Assembly: GCF_004010195.1 (NCBI RefSeq)
Contig: NC_057718.1
Location: 1,199,332 to 1,255,086 of the forward strand
Origin: Chiloscyllium plagiosum
Lineage: Eukaryota
DNA: 55,755 nucleotides
Direction of reading: 5' to 3'
The notes under the pieces were generated by a model. That model searched no databases. It was not told the origin of the DNA and saw only the letters and a program-made list of their open reading frames with translations. A program made the translations under genes and the position numbers. Below, piece by piece: positions 1 through 11,518 of the stretch. Every line of letters begins with the position of its first letter. The stretch's first letter is position 1.

Positions 1-740
1 GTGTCGTTGACAGTATAGAGGGTTATTGTATGCTGCAGCGGGACATTGACAGGATGCAGATTTGGGCTGAGAGGTGGCAGATGGAGTTCAACCTGGATAA
101 ATGCGAGGTGACTCATTTTGGAAGGTCGAATTTGAAAGCTGAATCCAGGATTAAGGATAGGATCCTTGGCAGTGTGGAGGAACAGAGGGATCTTGGTGTG
201 CAGGTACATAGATCCCTTAAAATGGCCACCCAAGTGGACAGGGTTGTTAAGAAAGCATATGGTGTTTTGGCTTTCATTAACAGGGGGATTGAGTTTAAGA
301 GTTGTGAGACCTTGTTGCAGCTCTATAAAATTTTGGTTAGACCGCACTTGGAATACTGCGTCCAGTTCTGGTTGCCCTATTATAGGAAAGATGTGGATGG
401 TTTAGAGGAGGTTTACCAGGATGCTGCCTGGACTGGAGGGCTTATCTTATGAAGAGAGGTTGACTGAGCTCGGACTTTTTTCATTGGAGAAAAGGAGGAG
501 GAGAGGGGACCTAATTGAGGTATACAAGATAATGAGAAGCATAGAGAGAGTCGATAGCCAGAGACTATTTCCCAGGGCAGAAATGACTAACACAAGGGGT
601 CATAGCTTTAAGCTGATTGGAGGAAAGTGTAGAGGGGATGTCAGAGGTGGGTTCTTTACACAGAGAGTTGTGAGAGCATGGAATGCGTTGCCAGCAGCAG
701 TTGTGGAAGCAAGGTCATTGGGGACATTTAAGAGACTGCT
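1..740 (+). mobile_element. CR1-clade LINE (HER1-like) ORF2 3' fragment, frameshifted
   Basis: WAERWQMEFNLDKCEV, LYKILVRPHLEYCVQFW, RGDLIEVYKI and FFTQRVVRAWNALP motifs. Confidence 0.93.
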
Positions 741-779
741 GAACTATCCCTAGTCCAGCACTCATTCCTAGAACATCTC

Positions 780-2586
780 GGATCGTATCTTTGGCGTCCT
801 GAAGGGAGAGGTGACCAGCCTCAAGTTGTTGTCCATGTAGGTACCAACGACATAGGTAGAAAGAGGGATAGGGATGTAAGGCAGGATTTCAGGGAACTAG
901 GGTGGAAGCTGAGAGCTAGAACAAACAGAGTTGTTATCTCTGGTTTGTTCCCATGCCACGTGATAGCGAGGCAAGGAATAGGGTGAGAATTCAGCTGAAC
1001 ATGTGGCTGCACTGCAAGGATAGTGCAGGAGGGAGGGTTTCAGGTTCTTGGATAATTGGGGCTGATTCTGGGGAAGGTGGGACTTGTACAAACAGGACGG
1101 TCTTCACTTGAACCAGAAGGGTACTAATGTCCTGGGTGGGAAATTTGCTGGTGCTATTCGGGTGGGTTTAAACTAGCTCAGCAGGGGGATGGGAACCAGA
1201 GGTGTAGTTACAGTGCACAGGAGGATGAGAGTAGGAAAGACAGGGATAGGATTTCAGGATCACAGGAATGTGTTGGCAGACAGCGAAGTGGTTTGAAGTG
1301 TGTCTACGTCAACACCAGAAATATCTGAAATAAGGTAGGGGAGCTTGCAGCCTGGATAGGTACCTGGGACTTTGATGTGGCCATTTCAGAGACATGGATA
1401 GAGCAGGATGAGGAATTGTCGTTGCAGGTTCCAGGGTTTAGACCTTTCATTAAGAACAGGCAAGGCAGTAAAAGAGGGGGAGGTGTGGCCTTGTTAGTCA
1501 AGGATAATATAACGGTGGCTGAGAGAACTTTTGATGAGGACTCGTCTATTGAGGTAGTGTGGGCTGAGATTAGAAACAGGAGGTCACACTGCTTGGAGTT
1601 TTTTACAGGCCTCCACAGAGTTCCAGGGAGGTGGAAGAGAGGATTAGCAAAATTATTCTGGGTAGGAGTGAAAGGAACAGGAGGGTCATTATGGGGGACT
1701 TTAATTTCCCCAACATTGACTGGAAATGCTATAATTGTAGTACGTCGGATGGTTTTTGTCCAATGTTACAAGTGGTGTGCTACAAGGATCTGTTTTGGGA
1801 CCACTGCTGTTTGTCATTTTTATAAATGACTTAGACACAGGCATAGGTGGATGGATTAGTAAATTTGCAGACAACACTAAAGTCGGTAGAGTGATGGACA
1901 GTTTGGAAGTGTGTTACAGGTTGCAGGGGGACTTGGATAAACTGCAGAATTGGGCTGAGAGGTGGCAAATGGAGTTCAATGTAGCTAAATGTGAGGTGAT
2001 GCACTTTGGGAAGAATAACAGGAAGGCAGAGTACTGGGTCAATGGAAAGATTCTTGGTAGTGTGGATGTGCAGAGGGATCTTGGAGTCCATGTACATAGA
2101 TCCCTGAAAGTTGCCACCCAGGTGGATAGTGCTTTTAAGGAGGCATATGTTGTGTTAGGTTTCATTGGTAGAGGGACTGAGTTTCGGAGCCACAATATCA
2201 TGCTGCAACTATACAAAACGCTGGTGCGGCCACACTTGGAATATTGTGTACAGTGCTGGTCCCCATATTTCAGGAAGGATGTGGAAGCATTGGAAACGGT
2301 GCAGAGGAGATTTACCAGGTTGTTGCCTGGTCTGGAGGGAAGGTCTTATGAGGAAAGACTGAGAGACTTGGGTTTTACGCAGAGAGTGGTAAGGGCGTGG
2401 AATGCCCTACCTGCTAATGTCGTTAACTCAGCCATGTTAGGGAGATTTAAACAATCCTTAGATAAGCACATGGATGATGATGGGATAGTGTAGGGGGATG
2501 AGCTGAGAATTGTTCACAAGTCGGCGCAACATTGAGGGCCGAAGGGCCTGTTCTGCGCTGTATTGTTCTACGTTCTATGTTCTATG
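780..2586 (+). mobile_element. CR1 LINE, internally deleted (ORF1 esterase end, endonuclease start, RT C-terminus, tail)
   Basis: HVGTNDIG and WGRWDLYKQDGLHL (ORF1); AISETW, GGGVALLVK and IMGDFNFPNIDW (APE endonuclease); QGSVLGPLLFVIFINDL and KFADNTK (RT); gttctat-type tail. Confidence 0.92.
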
Positions 2587-2602
2587 CCTGGACAATAAGG
2601 AT

Positions 2603-3102
2603 NNNNNNNNNNNNNNNNNNNNNNNNNNNNNNNNNNNNNNNNNNNNNNNNNNNNNNNNNNNNNNNNNNNNNNNNNNNNNNNNNNNNNNNNNNNNNNNNNN
2701 NNNNNNNNNNNNNNNNNNNNNNNNNNNNNNNNNNNNNNNNNNNNNNNNNNNNNNNNNNNNNNNNNNNNNNNNNNNNNNNNNNNNNNNNNNNNNNNNNNNN
2801 NNNNNNNNNNNNNNNNNNNNNNNNNNNNNNNNNNNNNNNNNNNNNNNNNNNNNNNNNNNNNNNNNNNNNNNNNNNNNNNNNNNNNNNNNNNNNNNNNNNN
2901 NNNNNNNNNNNNNNNNNNNNNNNNNNNNNNNNNNNNNNNNNNNNNNNNNNNNNNNNNNNNNNNNNNNNNNNNNNNNNNNNNNNNNNNNNNNNNNNNNNNN
3001 NNNNNNNNNNNNNNNNNNNNNNNNNNNNNNNNNNNNNNNNNNNNNNNNNNNNNNNNNNNNNNNNNNNNNNNNNNNNNNNNNNNNNNNNNNNNNNNNNNNN
3101 NN
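2603..3102. other. Assembly gap (others at 25090-25277 and 27158-27470)
   Basis: Runs of N. Confidence 1.
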
Positions 3103-3317
3103 AGAATTGAGGGAGACAGAAGACAGGAAATTATAGGCCAGTTAGCCTGATCTCAGTTGTTAGTAAGATTTTAGAGTGCATTATTAAGGATGAGATTGCA
3201 GAGTACTCAGAAGTGCATGGGAAAGTACAGCTGAGTCAGAACAGCTTCATGAAGGGAAGGTCATGCTTGACAAATCTATTTAGAACTCCTTGAGAAGCTA
3301 ATGAGCAAGTTAGACAA

Positions 3318-3637
3318 TTAGATTAGATTACTTACAGTGTGGAAACAGGCCCTTCAGCCCAAAAAGTCCACACTGACCCGCCGAAGCGCAACCCACCCAG
3401 ACCCATTCCCCGACATTTACCCCTTCACCTAACACTATGGGCAATTTAGCATGGCCAATTCACCTGACCTGCACATTTTTGGACTGTGGGAGGAAACCGG
3501 AGCACCCGGAGGAAACCCACGCAGACACGGGGAGAACGTGCAAACTCCACGCAGTCAGTCGCTTGAGGCGGGAATTGAACCCTGGTCTCCTGGCGCTGTG
3601 AGGCAGCATGCTAACCACTGTGCCACCGTGCCGCCCA
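3318..3637 (-). mobile_element. HE1-type tRNA-derived SINE, full length
   Basis: The reverse complement begins GGGCGGCACGGTGGCACAGTGGTTAGC (A box), has the B box GGTTCAATTCC and ends in an (AATCT)n tail; nearly identical to 39132-39457. Confidence 0.88.
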
Positions 3638-3961
3638 CAAATTACAACCAGAGAGGGCTGCCTAATCAGGGTACTTCCATTATACAGCACTGCCCACATT
3701 GCGCCCCCACTATCGCCAGATCTCAGCCTACTGTAATGCCCCTAGCATAACTACTAACATAATCTAACATAGCAGAGCATAAGCTCGAGTTTGCAGTATG
3801 TGTCCCTTAATCAGGGAACAGGGCATTGTCGTCGATGTGAATACTGAGTCACAAATAAGTAGAATATGTTCTATGTTCTAATCCTCCAAACATTAATCTA
3901 CCAACCAAACTCCAGTCAAAGAACATGAGCTACAGATTTTAGAATCAGAATCCCTACAGTA

Positions 3962-4380
3962 TGAGGAGAAAGTGAGGTCTGCAGATGCTGGAGATCAGAG
4001 CTGAAAATGTGTTGCTGGAAAAGCGCAGCAGGTCAGGCAGCATCCAGGGAACAGGAGAATCGACGTTTCGGGCATAGGCCCTTCTTCAGGAATGGGGAAA
4101 GTGTGTCCAGCAGGCTAAGATAAAAGGTAGGGAGGAGGGACTTGGGGGAGGGGCGTCGGAAATGTGATAGGTGGAAAGAGGTCAAGGTGAGGGTGATAGG
4201 TCAGACTGGGGTGGGGGCGGAGAGGTCGGGAAGAAGATTGCAGGTTAGGAAGGTGGTGCTGAATTTGATGGATTTGACTGAGACAAGGTGGGGGGAGGGG
4301 AAATGAGGAAACTGGTGAAATCCGAGTTCATCCCTTGTGGTTGGAGGGTTCCTAGGCGGAAGATGAGGCGCTCTTCCTCC
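3962..4380 (-). mobile_element. Penelope-like element 3' fragment with terminal repeat
   Basis: Reverse complement of the EEERLIFRLGTLQPQGMN segment and terminus seen at 13544-14075; inserted into a SINE tail. Confidence 0.8.
4058..4093 (-). ncRNA. Minimal hammerhead ribozyme motif
   Basis: Reverse complement reads ATTC-CTGAAGA-A-GGGC(CTAT)GCCC-GAAA-CGTC-GATT. Confidence 0.62.
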
Positions 4381-4640
4381 CTACAGTATGAATCAGGCCC
4401 TTCGGTCCAACAAGTCTACACTAACCCTCCAGGGAGTAACCTACCCAGGCCCATTCCCCTACTCTGTATTTACGTCTGACTAATGCACCTAACCTGCATA
4501 TCTCTGAACACAACGGGCAATTTAGCATGGCCAATTCACCTAACCTGCACAACTTTGGATTGTGGGTGCAAACTCCACAGGCTGAAGTCAAACCCGAGTC
4601 CCTGGCGCTGGGAGGCAACAGTATAAACCACTGAGCCCCC
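4381..4640 (-). mobile_element. HE1-type SINE, diverged
   Basis: Shared core gggcaatttagcatggccaattcacctaacctgcac. Confidence 0.8.
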
Positions 4641-4829
4641 ATTTTGTTCAATGACTTACTTGTCTTACCCTGATCAGCGTTTCCTTCGCCATGCTCCCTT
4701 GCCGTTGTTGCTCTTGACTCTTACCCTCGATATCCTTGAGCTGTCTTCTACGAAGACAATGGAGAGTCGGTGAAGATGATCTGTTTGGTTTTGACTCTGT
4801 GCTACCCAGGTGGCTGCAACATAAGGAAG

Positions 4830-5810
4830 TGCCCATGACAAAGGATTGGCAAATTGGCAGAAGGCAGAGAATGGAGATAAAGGTGTCTTTTCAGGAGAGC
4901 AGGCAGTGACTAGTGGAGTTCCATAGGTCATACAGTCATAGAGATGGATAGCACGGAAACAGACCCTTCAGTCCAACTCATCCATGCTGACCAGATATCC
5001 CAATCCAATCGCGTCTCACTTGCCAGCACCCGGCCCATATCCCTCCAAACTCTTCCTATTCACATACCCATTCAGATGCCTTTTAAATGTTGTAATTATA
5101 CCAGCCTCCACCACTTCCTCTGACAGCTCATTCCATACATGCACCACTCTCTGCGTGAAGAAGTTTGCCCTGAGGTCTCTTTTATATCTTTCCGCTCTCA
5201 CCCTAACCCTATGCCCTCTAGTTCTGTACTCCCCCACCCCAGGGAAAAGACCTTGTCTAATTACCCTATTCATGCCCTTTGTGGTTTTATAAACCTCTAT
5301 AAGGTCACCGCTCAGCCTCCGATGCTCTGACAGTGTTAGTGTTGAGACTACAACTATTCATATCGAACATTAACAGTCTGGACAAAGGAACTGAGGGCAT
5401 TGCTGCCAAATTTGCGCATGATACAAAGATAGGTGGAGGGACACAGGTCGTGTCGAGGAAGCAGAGAGGCTGCAGAATGACTTGAACAGGTGAGGAGAGT
5501 GGGCAAATAACTGGAAGATGGAATTCAATGTGGGAAAGTATGATGTGTTACACTTTGGTAGGAGGCATAGAGGTATAAACTATTTTCTAAATGGGAAAAG
5601 ACTTCAGAAATCTGAAGCACAAAGGGACCTGGGGCTCCTAGGTCCTAGTTCAGGATTCTGTTATGGTTAATTTACAGGTTCAGTTGGCAGTTGGAAAGCA
5701 AATGGAACGTTAGCCTTCATTTCGAGAGGGCTAGAATACAAGAGCGGGGATGTATTGCTGCAATTGTGTAAGGCTCTGGTCAGACTGCCTTTGGAATATT
5801 GTGCTCATCT
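4830..5810. mobile_element. CR1 ORF2 fragments (plus-strand copy with a minus-strand 3' fragment inserted at about 4930-5330)
   Basis: FFTQRVVHVWNEL on the minus strand; KFAHDTKIG and WKMEFNVGK on the plus strand. Confidence 0.8.
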
Positions 5811-5829
5811 TCATGTTAGTCCAGAGGAT

Positions 5830-7455
5830 GATCCAGGGAACAGGAGGAGGCAGAGCATCACAGATACCAGTCTTTGGCCAATTGGATTCACTCCATGTGA
5901 TATCAAGAAACAGTTGGAGACACTGAATACTGCAAAGGCTACAGACCCTGACAACATTCCTGCAATAACACTGAAGGCTTGTGCTCCAGAGTTTGCTGCT
6001 CTCCTAGCCAAGCTCCTCCAGTATCATTACAACACTGGCATTTGCCTGACAATGTGGAAAATTGCCAAGGTATATCCTGTATATAAAAAGCAGGATGAAT
6101 TCAACCCAGTCAATTATCGCCCCATCAATCTATTCTCGATCCTCGGTAGAGTGATGGAGGGTGTCAGTAACAGTTCTATCAGGCAGCACCTGCTCAGCAA
6201 TAGCCTGCTCAGTGACACCCAGTTTGGGTTCCCCCAGAGCCACTCAGCTCCTGACCTCATTACAGCCTTGGGTCAAACATGGACAAAAGGAGCTAAATTC
6301 CGAGGGGAGGGGAGAGGGACAGCCCTTCAAGGGCCACATTCCACCAAGTGTGGCATCAAGGAGCCCTGGAAGAATCTAAATCGATGGGTATCGGGGGCAA
6401 AATCTCTGCTGGTCAGAGTCATATTTGGCATATAGGAGGTTGTTCGAGGTCAGTCATCTCAGCTCCAGGACACCTCTGCAAGAGTTCCTCTGGGCAGTGT
6501 GCTAGGCCTAACCATCTTCACTGCTTCATCAATAACTTTCATCCAACATAAGATCAGAAGTCGGTACATTTGATGATGATTGCCCAATGTTCAGCTTTAT
6601 TCATGAGTCTTCAGATACTGAGGCAGTGCATGTTCATATGTAACAAGATCTGGACAATATCCAGGCTTGAGCTGACAAGTGGCAAGTAACATTCGTATTA
6701 CACAAATGCCAGGCAATGAACATGACCAATAAAAAAATAATTGAACCACCATTCCTTGACAGTTAATGGTGTTGCCATCACTGAATACCAACTATCAACA
6801 TCCTGGGGGTTACCTTTGACCAGGAATTCAAGTAGGCTCACCACATAAACACAGTGGCTACAAGAGCAGGTCAGAGGTTAGGAATACTGCAGTGAGTAAC
6901 TCACTTCTTGACTCCTAAAAGCCTGTCCACTATCTACAAGGCACAAGTCAGGAGTGGGATGGGATACTCCCCACTTGCCCTGGATGGGGGCAGCTCCAAC
7001 AACACACAAGCCTGACACTGTCCAGGAGAAAGCAGCTGCTTGATTGGCACCACATCCACAAACATCCCCTCCCTCCACCACCGACACTCAGTAGCAGCAG
7101 TGTGTACCATCTACTAGATGCACTGCAGAAATTCACCAAAGATCCTCAGAGAGCACCTTCCAAACACATGACCACTTCCATCTTGAAGGACCAGGGCAGC
7201 AGATACATGGGAACTCCACTCAAAGATCCCCTCAAAGACAGTCACCATCCTTACTTGGAAAACAATCACCATTCCTTCACTGTTGCTGATAAAATCCTGG
7301 AATTCCCTCCCTTAGAGCATTGTGGGTCAATCCACAGCAGGTAGACTGCTGCAGTTCAGAAGGCAGCTCACCATCACCTTCTCAAGGGCAACTAGGGACA
7401 GGCAATAAATTCTGGCCCAGCTAGTGATACCCACATCCCACAAATGAATAAAAAA
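5830..7455 (+). mobile_element. Second LINE family (CR1/L2 group), RT plus 3'UTR, decayed
   Basis: KATDPDNIP, WKIAKVYPVYKK, NYRPINLFS and QFGF motifs; the 3' end ccacatccca..tgaataaaaaaa recurs at about 29520, 39860 (-) and 52930. Confidence 0.85.
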
Positions 7456-9419
7456 GGGGTGGTTGAGGACCTCAGTCTGTACTCACTGAAGTTTCAAAGT
7501 ATGAATGCAGAAGTGTACATAATGACCTTCATAATGCTGAATCTCATTATAACTTACAGAATACTGAGGGGCCTGTATGGAGCAGACAGATGTTTCCACT
7601 CGGAGGAGTGACCAGGGCAAGGGCACAGCCTCAGAGTGAAGGCCTGGCGTTTGAACTGAGATGAGGAGGAATTTCTTACAGCCAGATGGTGAATCTGCAT
7701 AACACATCGCTGCAGAAGGCTGTGCAGGCCAAGTTATTGAGGAACTTTACGACAGAGATAGATCAGTTTTTGATTTGTAAGGGGATCAAAGGTTACAGGG
7801 TGTAGGCAAGAGAATGAAATGGAGCAACATATTAGCCATAAGTGAATGCTGGAACAATCCCGATGGGCTGAATAGCCTAATTCTGCTCCTCCATCTTATG
7901 GCCTTATCGTTACCGATTGAAATTTCCTTGAAAACTCCAATAAATTAGTCAGACACAATTTCCCTTTCACAAAGCCATGTTGACTTTGCTTGATTAGATT
8001 ATAATTTTCAACTGTTCAACAAAGGTTCAACCATGTATTTGGAAACTATATAGTTGTAAATGTTTTAATGGTCATCCAGATTCCTGCTGTTTGGTGATAG
8101 TTGTGTGCAAGTGATTAACCGGGCCACCAGAGGCTGACACTCACACATGTCACTGTCAGGCTTTGTCAGGGGGACCCATCTTCTCCTATCCTCCAGCATT
8201 ATGGAGGTCATTATGTACACTTCTGCATTCACCCACACAGCTCTAATGGCTCTGACTGGAATCGAGTGAGCTTGAGCCCCAGATGTGTACAGTTTCATCT
8301 TAATGCGTTCCTCAACTTGCCCATTTTATAGAGTATTATTAAAAAGCTCTTAAAAGGCTCTTGTCTTTTTATCGACATTAGGTGCAAGGCACACACAGAT
8401 GGGGCAGCTCTTAGAGTATCTTAAAAAGGAAATTAGACTCATGGATTGTTTCCTCTGCTGATGGACAACATCCATTCAGCATCTACCTGACTCATTTCTC
8501 AAAGTTCTCAGTGTTTTCAGTTCAGTGTTATATTTAATGAAATGAGATTCGAGAAAAGGAAGATTGATTGAATCCAGTATACAGGAGGCTTGAGTGCCTT
8601 TCTGCTAAACAGCCAGACAGTCATGCACTTACACTCTAATTGAAGACTCACAGAGGTAGCCTTGTAGTACTCAGGTGGATCTGCCAGGCTTGTTCCCATC
8701 GGTGGGCTAACTCTGACTCCAAATGTATCTCTTCTGCCTAAATCCCAGCTTGTGCCCACTCCCAGGTTTTAAGGAGAAAGTTCTTTAAGGAAGGGAAGAT
8801 GTTCCAAATCAATATTAAGCACTCCATTTTACAGCAAGCCCTCAATGTGGTATAAAGTAAGCAAGTGAGTCGGTTCTAGATCACTGACCTGAATCTTCTG
8901 AGTGGACCGAGGACAGACACCTCACACAGATTTTTCATCCTCGTACACTGAGGGTTAGCAGGAAAGGGCAGAGTAAAGCCCCTGAAACAATTCATTGGCT
9001 AACTTCTGTGTTCTCTTTTGTCCCTATCAGATAGAGGATATCACAGCCCAATGTTTCCCAGTCACTCTGATCCCAAAGCCCCATATTCCACAGTCACACA
9101 AATCTCAGAGACTCGAGATCCCTCCTTCACCCTGGTCCAACAGTCTTCTATTCCTCATGTCATCCTGTTCCCCCAGTCACCCTAATTGCAGAGCCCCTAA
9201 TCTACAACACCCCATCAACCTGGTCCCACATTCCCCTTTCGCCACATCATCCTGTTTCCCCCAGTCTCTCTGGTCCCAGAACCACCTGAACATCTCTGTC
9301 ACTGGTCACATAGCTTTGTTCTCCCACTACCCTAGTCCAGCCTTTGTTCCTGGTTCAGTGTATGTTGTTTTCTGACCTTTATAGATTATTGTGAGATGGA
9401 AAACAATTTAGTTCCAGTA

Positions 9420-9904
9420 AGTGAAGAGGACAGGTGGCCTGTTGCGCTGTCACCGGAGAAAATCACAGACAAAAAGACAGGAGATGTGATCTTGTGTTGA
9501 CACCGCCTGTAATTGTCCAGCTAATTTGATGTTGATCTGTTGAAACGTTTCTGTGTAAATGCACACTGAAGCTTAAAATCAGCGTTTCATTGAGAGGAAA
9601 GGTTTGTAAATTAAAAACGGTGTCATCAGTGACCAATGAAGTTTTTGAAAAGTGTTAGGTTTTGAGAGGATGCTGTGAAATTTCCTGTGTGGAGAGGTGC
9701 TAATCCCCTGCACTGTGTAACCAGTGGAAAAGGTTCTGTTTACACATGCAACGTCTGTTAAAAGCTCTGATTCCTTTGGAGTGCTAGCTGTTTCAGATTT
9801 CCTACAATTATTGTCCTTGAAAAGGTTGATTTAATCGTGATGACGCGTTTCTTTGAAGTACAAATAGGAAGAATGGTATAAAAAGGCAGAGAGTTGCAGT
9901 TGAA
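9420..9904 (+). promoter_or_regulatory. Putative POMC proximal promoter
   Basis: TATAAAAA 9877-9884; half-CRE TGACG 9841-9845; Pitx-type TAATCC 9701-9706 directly after T-box-like AGGTGC; CCAAT 9633-9637; T-box-like TGACACC 9498-9504; E-box CAGGTG 9431-9436. The region is TE-free in an otherwise TE-saturated window. Confidence 0.65.
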
Positions 9905-9955
9905 GCAGATAAAGGGACAGAGCTTCCGCTAGAAGTCTCTTCACAACCAGAACAG
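9905..9955 (+). other. POMC: POMC non-coding exon 1 (start approximate)
   Basis: Lies about 28 nt after TATAAAAA in non-repetitive DNA and ends at a consensus donor CAG|GTAAGA at 9955/9956. This matches the conserved three-exon POMC layout with an untranslated exon 1. The TSS is inferred. Confidence 0.72.
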
Positions 9956-10159
9956 GTAAGAGAATCGGGACTGACCATGTATTTATTCATAATGGGGAAA
10001 GAAATTGGTTACTTGTTTAATAGTGACTAGCTTAAATACTCTGAAATTCTTACAGGTCTCTTATGTATCAGCATTTATTGCATAAGTCCTGGACATTTGT
10101 AAGATCATCCAGATATTCCTGTACTGACTTATCTCACCAATACTGCAGCACTGTCCCAG

Positions 10160-10644
10160 CCTCCTGTCCAGTCTCTCTACACCCCACACCCTTCTGTCCA
10201 GTCTCTCCGACACCCCACACCCTGCTGTCCAGTCTCTCCCACACCCCACACCCTCCTGTCCAGTCTCTCCTAACCCCACATCCCTGCTGTCCAGTCTCTC
10301 CTACACCCCACACCCTCCGGTCCAGTCTCTCCTACACCCCACACCCTCCTGTCCAGTCTCTCCCACACCCCACACCCTGCTGTCCAGTCTCTCCCACACC
10401 CCACACCCTCCTGTCCAGTCTCTCCTACACCCCACATCGCAGGTTAGGTGAATTGGCCATGCTAAATTGCCCGTAGTGTTAGGTAAGGGGTAAATGTAGG
10501 GGTATGGGTGGGTTACGCTTCGGCAGGTCGGTGTGGACTTGTTGGGCTGAAGGGCCTGTTTCCACACTGTAATCTAATCTAATCTAATCTAAACTCTACT
10601 GTCCAGTCTCTCCCACACTCCACACCCCACAGACTGCTGTCCAG
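10160..10644 (+). repeat. ~31-bp C-rich minisatellite (CTGTCCAGTCTCTCCCACACCCCACACCCTS), about 10 copies, interrupted by a SINE 3' fragment
   Basis: Unit starts at 10164, 10194, 10225, 10256, 10287 and onward to about 10437; the unit resumes at about 10597-10644. Confidence 0.92.
10439..10592 (+). mobile_element. HE1 SINE 3' half with (AATCT)n tail
   Basis: Matches 39300-39457 almost exactly. Confidence 0.88.
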
Positions 10645-11518
10645 ATTATTTTTAAATATATTTAATGTTTTACCGATTAATTAGAATTAAGGGGTAAGAC
10701 ATATTAGGAGACCCCCAAACCATAGTCTGCTTGTCTGTCTGTACATGGGAAGCTGGGCACATTAACTGGGCCGAGGAGTTGCATGCGTATAAGATGTGCA
10801 TTCAGTTGCAGTTCCTAGACGCCCGAGTTTCGGAGGTGGAGCAGCGTCTGAGGTCATTGAGCAACATTTCTGAGGTGGAGAGTATTGCAGATAGTGAGGT
10901 GGTCATACCGCAGACTCAGACTCCGCAGGAAGGGAATGGGTGATCACCAGGCAGAGCAGGAGGGCTACGCAGGCAGTACAGGAATCTCCTGTGGTTATTT
11001 CCCTGCAAAACACACATACCATTTTGGTTACTGTCGAGGGGAATGGCATCTCGGGGATAACAGTAACAGGCAAACTCTTGCACCATGGTTGGCTCTACTG
11101 CAGGGTGAGGGTGAAATCAGTATGCACATGGTATAGTTGTAGGGGATTCAATCATAAGGGAAGTGGATAGTCATTTCTGTGTCTGCAAACGAGTCCAGGA
11201 TGGTGTGTTGCCTCCCTTGTGCTCAGGTCCTGGATGTCTTGGGGCAGTCGCGAGACATTCTGAAGGGGGAGTTTGAACAACCAGCGATCGTGGTACATGT
11301 TGGTACTAACGACATTGGTTAAAAAGGATGAGATCCTAAAAGGATGAAACCCTTGAAATGTGGGCCTCAAATGTTGTTATCTCAGGATTACTGCCACAAG
11401 CTAGTCAGAGGAGAATCAGCAATATATATAGGATGAACATGTGGCTGAAACAATGGTGTGAGGGGAGGGTTTCAGGTATGTGGCACATTGAACCGGTTCT
11501 GGGGGAGATGGGACCTCT

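Noticed and set aside
2510..3136. ORFs spanning N runs (also about 24700-25741 and 27099-27833)
   Set aside because: Their length is an artefact of the assembly gaps.
8065..8298. Short ORFs in the unique upstream region as a neighbouring gene
   Set aside because: No recognisable protein similarity or convincing splice structure.
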